Assembly: GCA_040752415.1 (NCBI GenBank)
Contig: JBFMGU010000005.1
Location: forward strand, 26,141-90,140
DNA: 64,000 bases
Direction: 5' to 3'
Origin: Myxococcota bacterium
GTDB taxonomy: Bacteria > Myxococcota > JACRCW01
The position numbers and the translations under genes are program-made. Under the pieces are notes generated by a model that had not been told where the DNA came from, searched no databases, and saw nothing but the letters and a program-made list of their open reading frames with translations. The number at the start of each line of letters is the position of its first letter. Position 1 is the stretch's first letter. Positions 19,159 through 30,304 of this stretch are shown here, piece after piece.

Positions 19159-20556
19159 ATGAGCGAGAAGCTGATGCGCGGTGCCGTTGGCAACATCCTG
19201 GAAGCCGTGGGGCACACGCCCATTGTGCGGCTCAACAAGGTCGCGTCGCACGTCAAGGCGAAGATCTACGTCAAGTGCGAGTACATGAACCCCGGCGGCT
19301 CCATGAAGGACCGCATTGGCATCCACATCATCAACCAGGCGGAGAAGCAGGGCCTGCTCAAGCCGGGTGGCACCATCGTGGAGGCCACCAGCGGCAACAC
19401 CGGCATGGGCCTGGCGCTCGTGGCGGCGGTGCGCGGCTACAAGTGCATCTTCGTCATGCCGGACAAGCAGAGTGAGGAGAAGCGGCAGGCGCTGCGGGCG
19501 GTGGGCGCCAAGGTCGTCATCTGCCCCACCGACGTGGAGGCCGAGGATCCGCGCAGCTACTACTGCGTCTCCCGCAAGATTGCCGAGGAGACGCCCAACT
19601 GCTTCTACGCCAACCAGTACCACAACCCCTCCAACCCGGAGGCGCACTACCTCTCCACCGGCCCGGAGATCTGGGACCAGTGTGGCGACGAGCTGGACGT
19701 CTTCTGCGCCGGCATGGGCACCGGCGGCACCCTCAGCGGCACCGGCAAGTTCCTCAAGGAGAAGAAGCCGTCCATCAAGATCGTCGGCGTCGACCCCATC
19801 GGCTCCATCTATTACGACCTCTACAAGACCGGCCGCATGACCACGCCCCACAGCTACAAGGTGGAGGGCATTGGTGAGGACTTCGTCCCCTCCACGATGA
19901 ACCTCAAGATCCTGGACGAGGTCATCCAGGTGAACGACCGCGAGTGCTTTGCCATGGCGCGCGACCTGGTGCGCCGCGAGGGCATCCTCATTGGCTCCTC
20001 GGCGGGCGCGGCGGTGATTGGCGCGGTGAAGTACGCGGAGCTCAGCGGCACCACCGGCAACATCCTGGTGCTGCTGCCCGACAGCGCCTCCCGCTACCTC
20101 AGCAAGTTCCTCAACGACGACTGGATGCGTGAGAACGGCATGCTGGGCCCGGAGCCCTCCGCCGGGAAGGTGCGCGACCTGTTGGCCCGTCGCCCCGCCG
20201 GCAAGGGCCTGGTCACCGCCAACGCCGACGAGCCCGTGGGCACCGTCATCGAGCGCATGAAGAGCCACGACATCTCCCAGCTCCCCGTCATGGACGGCGG
20301 CAAGAAGCTGTTGGGCATTGTCAACGAAGTGGACATCCTCAAGCACCTCGTCGGCGGCGGGGCCAACATGAAGACCCCCATCCGCGACCTGGCGGAGACG
20401 GGTTTTGCCACCGTCACGCCGGACACGCCGGTGGCGTTCCTCTCCGAGCACTTCAACCGCGGGAAGATCGCGTTGGTGCTCGACGGGGACCAGCTGGCGG
20501 GCGTGATCACCAAGATCGACCTCATCGACTACCTGGCGACGATGCTCAAGAACTGA
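19159..20556 (+). CDS. cbs: Cystathionine beta-synthase (PLP-dependent, C-terminal CBS pair), 465 aa
   Basis: NPGGSMKDR PLP lysine, EATSGNTG, GMGTGGT, YKVEGIG, then CBS domains (SQLPV, GVITKIDL). Confidence 0.9.
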   Translation: MSEKLMRGAVGNILEAVGHTPIVRLNKVASHVKAKIYVKCEYMNPGGSMKDRIGIHIINQAEKQGLLKPGGTIVEATSGNTGMGLALVAAVRGYKCIFVMPDKQSEEKRQALRAVGAKVVICPTDVEAEDPRSYYCVSRKIAEETPNCFYANQYHNPSNPEAHYLSTGPEIWDQCGDELDVFCAGMGTGGTLSGTGKFLKEKKPSIKIVGVDPIGSIYYDLYKTGRMTTPHSYKVEGIGEDFVPSTMNLKILDEVIQVNDRECFAMARDLVRREGILIGSSAGAAVIGAVKYAELSGTTGNILVLLPDSASRYLSKFLNDDWMRENGMLGPEPSAGKVRDLLARRPAGKGLVTANADEPVGTVIERMKSHDISQLPVMDGGKKLLGIVNEVDILKHLVGGGANMKTPIRDLAETGFATVTPDTPVAFLSEHFNRGKIALVLDGDQLAGVITKIDLIDYLATMLKN

Positions 20557-20566
20557 GGGCTGACGC

Positions 20567-21202
20567 ATGGGCAACGCGCCGGCGCCGTGGGCGGTGGAGC
20601 GCTGCCCGAGGTGTCGGGGCGGCCTGGTGCCGTTCTCGGTGACCGAGCTCAGTGAGCTGCGCTGCGCCGTCTGTCAGGGCGCCTGGCTGGACAGCCCCGC
20701 CGTGGAGGCGCTGGGTGAGGAGCTGGGCATGCGCGCGCGGACCTTCATTGCCCGCATGCGCACCGCGCTCCCGCCGCTGTGGGGTGCGCTGAAGTGCATC
20801 CGCTGCCACGCGCCCATGAGCCGGTTGCACCTACGCACCGTGGAGGTGGACGCGTGCGCGCGCTGCGGCGGCATGTGGCTGGACCCCGGGGAGCTGGGGC
20901 GCCTCAGCGGCGGAAGACACGGTGAGCCCGCGGAGGGGGAAATCCGACGTCGTGCCGCGGGGGAAGTCCCGGCGGAAGCCCTGGAGCGCCGGCCCGGAGG
21001 CGTGCGGGAGCTGCTGCGACGCGCCACGGACCGCGTGGAGGACGCGGCGGGCAAGCTGGCGGCCGGCGTGGACCGCGGAAACACCGTGCTGCTGGCGCGC
21101 ATGGAGGAGGGGCCGCGTTGGTTGTGGCGCATGGCGCGGTGGGCGGGCGCCGAGCTTTCCGAGATGTGGAGGGCGGCGCGCAAGGGGCCGCCGCGGCCGT
21201 GA
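20567..21202 (+). CDS. Protein with two zf-TFIIB-like zinc ribbons, 211 aa
   Basis: CPRC...CAVCQGAWLD and CIRC...CARCGGMWLDPGEL. Confidence 0.75.
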   Translation: MGNAPAPWAVERCPRCRGGLVPFSVTELSELRCAVCQGAWLDSPAVEALGEELGMRARTFIARMRTALPPLWGALKCIRCHAPMSRLHLRTVEVDACARCGGMWLDPGELGRLSGGRHGEPAEGEIRRRAAGEVPAEALERRPGGVRELLRRATDRVEDAAGKLAAGVDRGNTVLLARMEEGPRWLWRMARWAGAELSEMWRAARKGPPRP

Positions 21203-21243
21203 GCGGTTGGACAGGTGCCCGCGCGGAGCGGCATCATGCGCGC

Positions 21244-22257
21244 ATGAAGGCGGGGGTGCTGCTCGTTCTGCTGGCAACGCTGTCGTGCTCGTCGGGGGCG
21301 GGCGCGGGCAAGCTGGACATGAAGCGCGTGGAGGCGGGTGAGGTCTACGTGGAGCGCGTGGACCTCCCGGGCGGCCGCCTGATGTACCGCGGCATTGCCG
21401 TGCTGGACGCCCCGCCCGACCGCGTCTTCAACGTGTTCCACGACGTGGAGCACTGGCCGGAATGGCACACGCAGGTGCGGGAGCTGCGCGTGCTCCGTCG
21501 GGACCAGGACACCGTGGACGCGGAGGTGCGGTTCAACAAGCTGCTCGGCCAATCCGTGGGGCCGGCCACCCAGCGCGTGCGCTTCGACCGGCCTCGCGGC
21601 GAGGTGGCCATGCACATCTACGAGAACGAGTGGGCCCGCAGCGTGGAGAGCCTCATCAAGCTGGAGCCCTTCGGCGACGGCACGCGCACGCTCCTCAACG
21701 CCTACACCCACGGCGAGTTCAAGGCCTGGTGGTCCCGCGTGGCCACGCAGGCCATGCAGCAACGCGTCCTCACCGAGATGGTGGCCAACGTGCGCGCGGC
21801 CTCCTTGCTGCCGCGGTACCAGACCGCCACCGACGTCACCGCGGCCCCGTCGGCGCCACCGCTGAAGGTGGTGGTGCCCGGCTTCCGGTCCTCCTCCGTC
21901 CCCGCCGACGTGCTCCAGACCCTGACCCGCGTCTTTGCCCAACACCTCATGCGCCAGGCCGCCTGGAACGTGTTGACGGAGGAGGAGATGGTGGCGCTCC
22001 TGGACTACGCCAAGCAGCGGGAGCTGGCCGGCTGCGCCCCCAACGAGCCCTGCGCCGTGGACCTGGCCCGCGCGCTCCAGGCCGAGCGCGTGGTGCACGG
22101 GACCGTGGGCAAGGTGGGTGAGGTGTACGTGTTCACCGCGGCCTTGCTGAAGCTGCCGGAGGGCGTGGCGGAGAAGCGGGTCGAGGAACAGGCCGCTTCC
22201 GACGCGGAGCTGCTCCAGCGCGTCCGGGAGGCTGCGAGTCGCCTGGCCGCGCCCTAG
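21244..22257 (+). CDS. Lipoprotein with an SRPBCC/START-like domain and a C-terminal CsgG/TolB-N-like domain, 337 aa
   Basis: Lipobox LSC, DAPPDRVFNVFHDVEHWPEW, and GC....C..DLARAL.A..VV.GTVGKVG. Confidence 0.65.
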   Translation: MKAGVLLVLLATLSCSSGAGAGKLDMKRVEAGEVYVERVDLPGGRLMYRGIAVLDAPPDRVFNVFHDVEHWPEWHTQVRELRVLRRDQDTVDAEVRFNKLLGQSVGPATQRVRFDRPRGEVAMHIYENEWARSVESLIKLEPFGDGTRTLLNAYTHGEFKAWWSRVATQAMQQRVLTEMVANVRAASLLPRYQTATDVTAAPSAPPLKVVVPGFRSSSVPADVLQTLTRVFAQHLMRQAAWNVLTEEEMVALLDYAKQRELAGCAPNEPCAVDLARALQAERVVHGTVGKVGEVYVFTAALLKLPEGVAEKRVEEQAASDAELLQRVREAASRLAAP

Positions 22258-22319
22258 CCGTTTCCGAAAATGGGACAAGCCCGCGGGGGTGTGTGAGGCT
22301 GGTCCGGGGAGGAGCAACC

Positions 22320-23024
22320 ATGGACGCGCAGACCATCACCTACCGGTACCTGTTCACGTTCCGCGACGGTCGACACCGCGAGTTCGTGGTCAACCTGGAC
22401 CCGGACACGCTGGCGTTGAAGACCCCGCCCCGCGCGAACCCACCGGAGTGGACGCGGATGGACACGTTCCGCTGCCACCATTGCCCGCTGCCCCAGGACA
22501 CCGCGCACTGCCCCATGGCGGTGGCCCTGGAGGACCTCATCGAGTTCTTCGCGCAGAGCCTCAGCTACGAGGAGGCCGAGGTTTCCGTCGAGGGCGGCGG
22601 GCGCACCATCATGAAGCACACCAGCGTGCAGGCGGGCATGAGCAGTCTGCTCGGGTTGTACATGGCCACCGCGGGGTGTCCGGTCATGGACATGCTGCGA
22701 CCGATGTCGCGCTTCCACCTCCCCTTCGCCTCGCTCGACGAGACCAAGTACCGCGCCATCAGCATGTACCTGACCGCGCAGTTCTTCCGCGCTCGCCACG
22801 GTCTGCCCGCGGACTGGGAGCTGAAGGACCTGGCGCGCATCTACGCCGACGTGCGCGAGGTCAACCTCAACATCTGCCAGAAGCTCAGCAATCGGAAGGT
22901 GAAGGATGCGTCGCTGAACGCGGTCTCCATCCTGGACACGTTCGCGGAGTTCACGCGCGCCTCCATCGACTACGACATGCTGGAGGAGCTGGAAGGACTC
23001 TTTGCGCCCTACCTGAAGCGCTGA
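22320..23024 (+). CDS. Conserved Cys-rich hypothetical protein (DUF6901-like), 234 aa
   Basis: PEWTRM...CHHCPL...HCP, GCP, RFHLPFAS. GGAG RBS. Confidence 0.75.
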   Translation: MDAQTITYRYLFTFRDGRHREFVVNLDPDTLALKTPPRANPPEWTRMDTFRCHHCPLPQDTAHCPMAVALEDLIEFFAQSLSYEEAEVSVEGGGRTIMKHTSVQAGMSSLLGLYMATAGCPVMDMLRPMSRFHLPFASLDETKYRAISMYLTAQFFRARHGLPADWELKDLARIYADVREVNLNICQKLSNRKVKDASLNAVSILDTFAEFTRASIDYDMLEELEGLFAPYLKR

Positions 23025-23112
23025 GGTCCGAGGGAAAGCGGTACTTCATACCGCAGTCCGAAAGTGCCGGCCGCGCGTCTCGCGGAATCGAAGAGCCGGC
23101 ACGACGTCGTCG

Positions 23113-23295
23113 TCAGCCGTTCTTGCCGCCCACCTTGCCGGCGCGCTTCTTCAGCTCCTCCTCGTTCTCGCGCTCGGCGGCCTCCACGCGCTCGGCCACC
23201 TTGGGGTCCGAGAGGTTCTTCAGCATCTGCTTCTTCAGCGCTTCCAGCTTGGCGGCGTCCATCTTGGGGGCTCCCTTGTCATCCTGCTTGCTCAT
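23113..23295 (-). CDS. Small charged helical protein, 60 aa (candidate antitoxin/immunity protein)
   Basis: Strong GAGGAGGAG RBS. Starts 14 bp after the zeta-like gene. Typical codon usage. Confidence 0.7.
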   Translation of the reverse strand: MSKQDDKGAPKMDAAKLEALKKQMLKNLSDPKVAERVEAAERENEEELKKRAGKVGGKNG

Positions 23296-23309
23296 GGCGA
23301 CTCCTCCTC

Positions 23310-24557
23310 TCAACTTCCCGCCGTCACCAGCTTGCTGGCCCCGGTCTTGATGGCTTCCAACATCACGTCCAGCTTCTCACCGTGCTTCTGCACGAACGCC
23401 TGCCGCGACTTCTCCGACACGTCCGCCAGCGAGAAGGACTGCAGCTGGCCCATCAGCCCCTTCACCGCGGCCTGGGACGCGCCGTACTGCTTGAGCTCCT
23501 CGCGCTTCATCTCCCGCGGCGCGCCTCCGCTGTTGTCAATGAGGAGGTACTGGACGCCCGGGTTGCGATCCAGGAACGCCGCGAAGTTCTTGGCCCCGTC
23601 GACATAGCTGTTGGCAAACGGCAGCACGTCCACCGCCCGCCCCTTCTCCACGGCGCGCTCCACGGACCGCTTGAAGGAGACCTCCATGTTCCCCTGCACG
23701 TACACGTAGACGGGGTTGTGGCCGTACTTCTCGCAGGTCTTCTTGACCCACTCGTTCTCGGTGGCGCACTGCTCGCCGGCGGCGTCGTAGATGGCTCCAA
23801 AGCTCTTGGTGAACTCGCTGCTCAGCCCCTTCTCGATGGCGTAGCTCTTCCCGGACGCGCACCCGCCGCTGGTCACCAGCACCTGCGAGCCCTTGGGCAA
23901 CGCCTTGAGGTGCTCCTCGAACGCGCCCTTGGCCATGGCGTGCGCCACCTGGTGCATCTCCGCGTTGTAGGTGGCCTTGAACATGTTCTCGACGAGCGCG
24001 CGGTCCTTGCCCAGGTCCAACCCGTGCTTCTTCGCAATGCCCTGCAGCGCCTCGCCCACCTCGGGGACCTTGTAGGCGCCCTTCTCGTCGCGGGCGAAGA
24101 AGACGCTCTTGGCGGCGTCGGTCTCGAAGTTGTTGCCGGCCTTCTGGCACTGGTCACGGTAGAGACCCACCAGCTCCGCGCGGTTCTGCTCGAAGAAACG
24201 GATGCAGCCCGCCTCCACCTTCCGCCCCTCGACTGTGGTGTTCTTGAGCAGCGGGATTTCCACCTTGTAGTCGGGGCCGGTGACGGAGGTGTCGCCGCGC
24301 AGGCCCACGACGGGCTGGTGCGCCGGGTCATGCTGGATGGTGGGGTGGCTGAGGCCCAGCGCGCCCAGGGCGCCTTGCGTGAGGGCGGGCAGCGTCTGAC
24401 CCGGCGCCTTGGTGAGCGGCGCATCCTTGGCCTGCTGCGCCACGGCGTGCAGCACCGTCTCCGGGGCCTTCCCCACTTGCGTGGTCTGCGTCTGGCCCAC
24501 CTGGCCAACCTGGCCGGTGCGCCCAATCTGCTGCTTGTTCCCGACGGTGATGCTCAT
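23310..24557 (-). CDS. Zeta-toxin-like P-loop kinase with a low-complexity N-terminal extension, 415 aa
   Basis: Walker A GGCASGKS, IYDAAG, YVYV...SFKRSVERAVEKGRAV lid. GAGGAGGT RBS. Confidence 0.7.
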   Translation of the reverse strand: MSITVGNKQQIGRTGQVGQVGQTQTTQVGKAPETVLHAVAQQAKDAPLTKAPGQTLPALTQGALGALGLSHPTIQHDPAHQPVVGLRGDTSVTGPDYKVEIPLLKNTTVEGRKVEAGCIRFFEQNRAELVGLYRDQCQKAGNNFETDAAKSVFFARDEKGAYKVPEVGEALQGIAKKHGLDLGKDRALVENMFKATYNAEMHQVAHAMAKGAFEEHLKALPKGSQVLVTSGGCASGKSYAIEKGLSSEFTKSFGAIYDAAGEQCATENEWVKKTCEKYGHNPVYVYVQGNMEVSFKRSVERAVEKGRAVDVLPFANSYVDGAKNFAAFLDRNPGVQYLLIDNSGGAPREMKREELKQYGASQAAVKGLMGQLQSFSLADVSEKSRQAFVQKHGEKLDVMLEAIKTGASKLVTAGS

Positions 24558-24574
24558 GTCACCTCCTCACGGAC

Positions 24575-25057
24575 TCACGGTTGCTTGGATGGGTTCCCGC
24601 GACTGGCCAGCAGCGCCGCGGCCAGCGGTCCGGCGGCCACGGTCCCTGCCGGTCTTGGCCCGGGGGCAGGCGCCTTGGCAGCGGGCGCGCCACCACCAAT
24701 CAGCGCCATGGCCGCCTTGCGCGAGGCCGCCGTCTGCAGCTCTCCGCTGCCCACCGCCTCCCGCATGCGCTGCATCAGCGCCGCTTCCACGTCGGGCGGG
24801 ATGGGGTTCTGCTTCATGAACGCGGTGATCTTCGCCTGAGCGCTCTCCACGGTCTTCTCCGCGGCGGCGCCGGAACGCGTGGCCAGCTGGTCCAGGACCT
24901 GTTTCTCGTCGGCGGAGAGCTTGCTGACGTCGTCGCCGTGCTGCGCGTAGATGCTGATGGCGGCCACCACCAGCACCTGGTCCCGGGAGAGCTTCCGTCG
25001 ACCCGCCGCGTCCGTGGCCAGGAGGATCCGCTGGATGTCCTGCGCAAGCTGGGCCAC
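24575..25057 (-). CDS. Hypothetical helical protein, ~160 aa
   Basis: GGAG 5 nt before GTG 25057. Typical codon usage. Ends 17 bp before the zeta-like gene. Confidence 0.65.
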   Translation of the reverse strand: MAQLAQDIQRILLATDAAGRRKLSRDQVLVVAAISIYAQHGDDVSKLSADEKQVLDQLATRSGAAAEKTVESAQAKITAFMKQNPIPPDVEAALMQRMREAVGSGELQTAASRKAAMALIGGGAPAAKAPAPGPRPAGTVAAGPLAAALLASRGNPSKQP

Positions 25058-25193
25058 GACCACTCCACCGCGGAAACCCGGTGAGTCGACCACGCGCGCA
25101 GGAAGGGGTCAATGAACCCAAGGATTCGCGTGGAGATCGCGGGCGTACGCCGAACCGACATCCTGCCAAACGACAGGAATTCGGACTGGAGGA

Positions 25194-25619
25194 CTACCCG
25201 CCGAACAGGCAACTGAACCAAGAAGGATCCTCGCGGGGATCCAGTTCACCTTGAGCCACATCAGCGGGCACGAAGAGTACGGCGATCCCTTCCGCAGGCA
25301 GAACCGCAGTTACTCCAAGAGTGAATTCCTCCCCCGAGGAGAACTGTGCGCGCAGTTCCATGCCCGCGCACTCAGTCAGGACACTGACGCCTGTGATGAG
25401 AACCCCTGACGAAAGGACGTCGCCAACAAATGTCTCCCCACCCTGTCCACAAGTGATGCAGACAAGGGTCCGATCAGAGGACCTGACGTTCGTATCGATG
25501 GACGGTGACTTGAGGTGGTCTTCGATTAGCGGCGTCGGGTGCAGAAGAACCAACAACCCCAGCAACGCGCCAAGGATGCGAGCACGGCGCGCAAGTTCGA
25601 ACGGCAGGACCCCTTTCAT
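25194..25619 (-). CDS. Possible small exported hypothetical protein, 141 aa, atypical codon usage
   Basis: GAAGAGG RBS, hydrophobic N-terminus and CITC. The region looks less GC-rich than its neighbours. Confidence 0.35.
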   Translation of the reverse strand: MKGVLPFELARRARILGALLGLLVLLHPTPLIEDHLKSPSIDTNVRSSDRTLVCITCGQGGETFVGDVLSSGVLITGVSVLTECAGMELRAQFSSGEEFTLGVTAVLPAEGIAVLFVPADVAQGELDPREDPSWFSCLFGG

Positions 25620-25743
25620 GTCGACCTCTTCACCCAACGACGGAAGCCCACGGGCGCCGCGGAGGGGTGACAATCCCAAAGAAAGTTACTCTCACGCGCG
25701 GCGCTGTGCCGTCGGCCACGCGAACTTCACTGGACTCGCTCGC

Positions 25744-28599
<2,856 letters not shown>

Positions 28600-28825
28600 G
28601 GGCCCTCAACAGGCACCGGGAGGAGGCGCATCCCCCCGGGAGCCGCGTTTTAGTGGAAGCTGTAACTGCACATCCGTTCAAGTGCGACCGCGCAGATGCT
28701 CCTGTCCCCCGGGCGCATCTAACTGCCCGTCCTCCCTACGTTTTTTGACAGGGGCACCAGCGAGGTGCGGGGGCCGTTTCTGCAACAACTTGAGGGCCGG
28801 CGCAAGCACAAAAAGGGACGCGTTC

Positions 28826-28871
28826 TACAACCTCCTGTTGTCCTTGGGATTTCTAAACGCGATCCGTAGTG
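28826..28871 (-). promoter_or_regulatory. Possible tandem NrdR boxes upstream of nrdJ
   Basis: TACAACCTCCTGTT (28826-28839) and CGCGATCCGTAGTG (28858-28871) are 32 bp apart. Each has four mismatches to CACwAnATnTwGTG. Confidence 0.35.
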
Positions 28872-29122
28872 GTCCCAATCAACGATCGCAGCCCTGAGCC
28901 CGGGCATCACGAATGGTGTGGTAACTCCAGGCGTGATCGTAACTTTTCGTACAATGCCCTGCATGACCATACGTGAACGGTCATGTCCGATCGCGCGCTA
29001 AGTGCTTGATTCGGATCGAGAGTTTGAACGCGATCTGATCACGCGTGCAAAACGTGTTGGAACCGCGCGGAGAGGTGCGCGTGCTCCGTCGAGGGCGTGC
29101 GCTCCCGTTTTGTTATTCCTGG

Positions 29123-29656
29123 TCAGGCGGGCGCCAGGCTCGGCCGGGCGGCGAGCCATTTCACGAGCTGCTCCCGCTGGAAGACGGTGAGGAGGACCGC
29201 GCCCAGGCCCACGGTGGCGCCGTGCACCAGCGGCGCGGGGGATCCGCTCTTGAGCCGGGATCCGTTCAGGAAGGTGCCGTTGCTGCTGCCCGCGTCCTCG
29301 AGGAGGAAGCCCTCCGGCGCGACCTTGATCCGCGCGTGCAGCTTGCTGACCTGGCTGTGCAGCACCACCGCGTCATTGGATCCGGCCCGCCCCACGAGGA
29401 TCACGTTCTGGAACGCGCGCGGATCCCTTTTGCGCAGCGGCCAGCAGGAGACGTCAGCGGTCAGGCCGGATCCGTCAGGAGCGGGCGGGAAAGGGTTGCT
29501 GCGGAACTCCGTGCGGAAGGACCACTGGCCGTCTTCTTCCGGAGGGATCCGACCCACCAGCAGCCACTCTCCCAGCTCCCGCAGCACCTCCTGGTCTGCC
29601 GCGGAATTCCGACGGGCCAGGGCGTGCAGCCGGGTGAGCGGGATGGGCTGGGTCAC
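29123..29656 (-). CDS. FHA domain protein, 177 aa
   Basis: VGRAGSND...VSKLHA...DAGSSNGTFLNG. GTGA overlap with the upstream gene. Confidence 0.85.
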   Translation of the reverse strand: MTQPIPLTRLHALARRNSAADQEVLRELGEWLLVGRIPPEEDGQWSFRTEFRSNPFPPAPDGSGLTADVSCWPLRKRDPRAFQNVILVGRAGSNDAVVLHSQVSKLHARIKVAPEGFLLEDAGSSNGTFLNGSRLKSGSPAPLVHGATVGLGAVLLTVFQREQLVKWLAARPSLAPA

Positions 29657-30213
29657 GGTTGGCTGGAGGCGCCGTGGCCGGCCAGGTGGGTGAGCAGCTC
29701 GTACAGGCGACGCGCGGAGACGAACGTGAACACGCACTTGCCAAAGACGAGGGTGTCCCCGTCATTGAGGCTGACGCGGGCGCGGGTGGGGGCGCGCATG
29801 CCGTTCATCTTGGTGCCGTTGGAGCTGCCCACGTCAATGAGCCACCACTTGTCATGGTCCTTGGAGAAATACGCGTGCAGCTTGCTGACGGTGGGGTGCG
29901 GCACCACCAGGTCATTGTTGCTGGCGCGGCCCAGGAAGATGCGGGTGGAGCCGTTGGAGGCGCCGGCCTTGTCCAGCGGCAGCACCCAGTCCCGGATGCG
30001 CAGCGGGGCTTCCCCGTTGGCGGTGGACGACGCGGCGGGCGGCGGGCCCACCATGCTGGCTTCCGTGGCCACGCGGGTGCGGAAGACGAACTCCTCCTCC
30101 AGCACCTCCTTGCCCAGGATGAAGGGATGGTTGAAACGCTGACAGAAGCCGTCCTCCGTATAGGCCCTGGCCAACGGCACCATTTCTTCAATCTTGCGAA
30201 CAGCCAGGGTCAT
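29653..30213 (-). CDS. FHA domain protein, 186 aa
   Basis: LGRASNND...VSKLHA...DVGSSNGTKMNG. Confidence 0.9.
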   Translation of the reverse strand: MTLAVRKIEEMVPLARAYTEDGFCQRFNHPFILGKEVLEEEFVFRTRVATEASMVGPPPAASSTANGEAPLRIRDWVLPLDKAGASNGSTRIFLGRASNNDLVVPHPTVSKLHAYFSKDHDKWWLIDVGSSNGTKMNGMRAPTRARVSLNDGDTLVFGKCVFTFVSARRLYELLTHLAGHGASSQP

Positions 30214-30304
30214 GCGGCGGGCTCCCCCCCGGGGGGCGAGTCGTCAGCTTTGGTGCCGCGCGCGCGCGGAGTCAAGAGCCAGACCGCCCGCCGCCCGGAG
30301 AAGC

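Noticed and set aside
28600..29122. Cobalamin riboswitch upstream of the B12-dependent RNR
   Set aside because: I could not recognise a B12 box. An Rfam scan is needed to exclude it.
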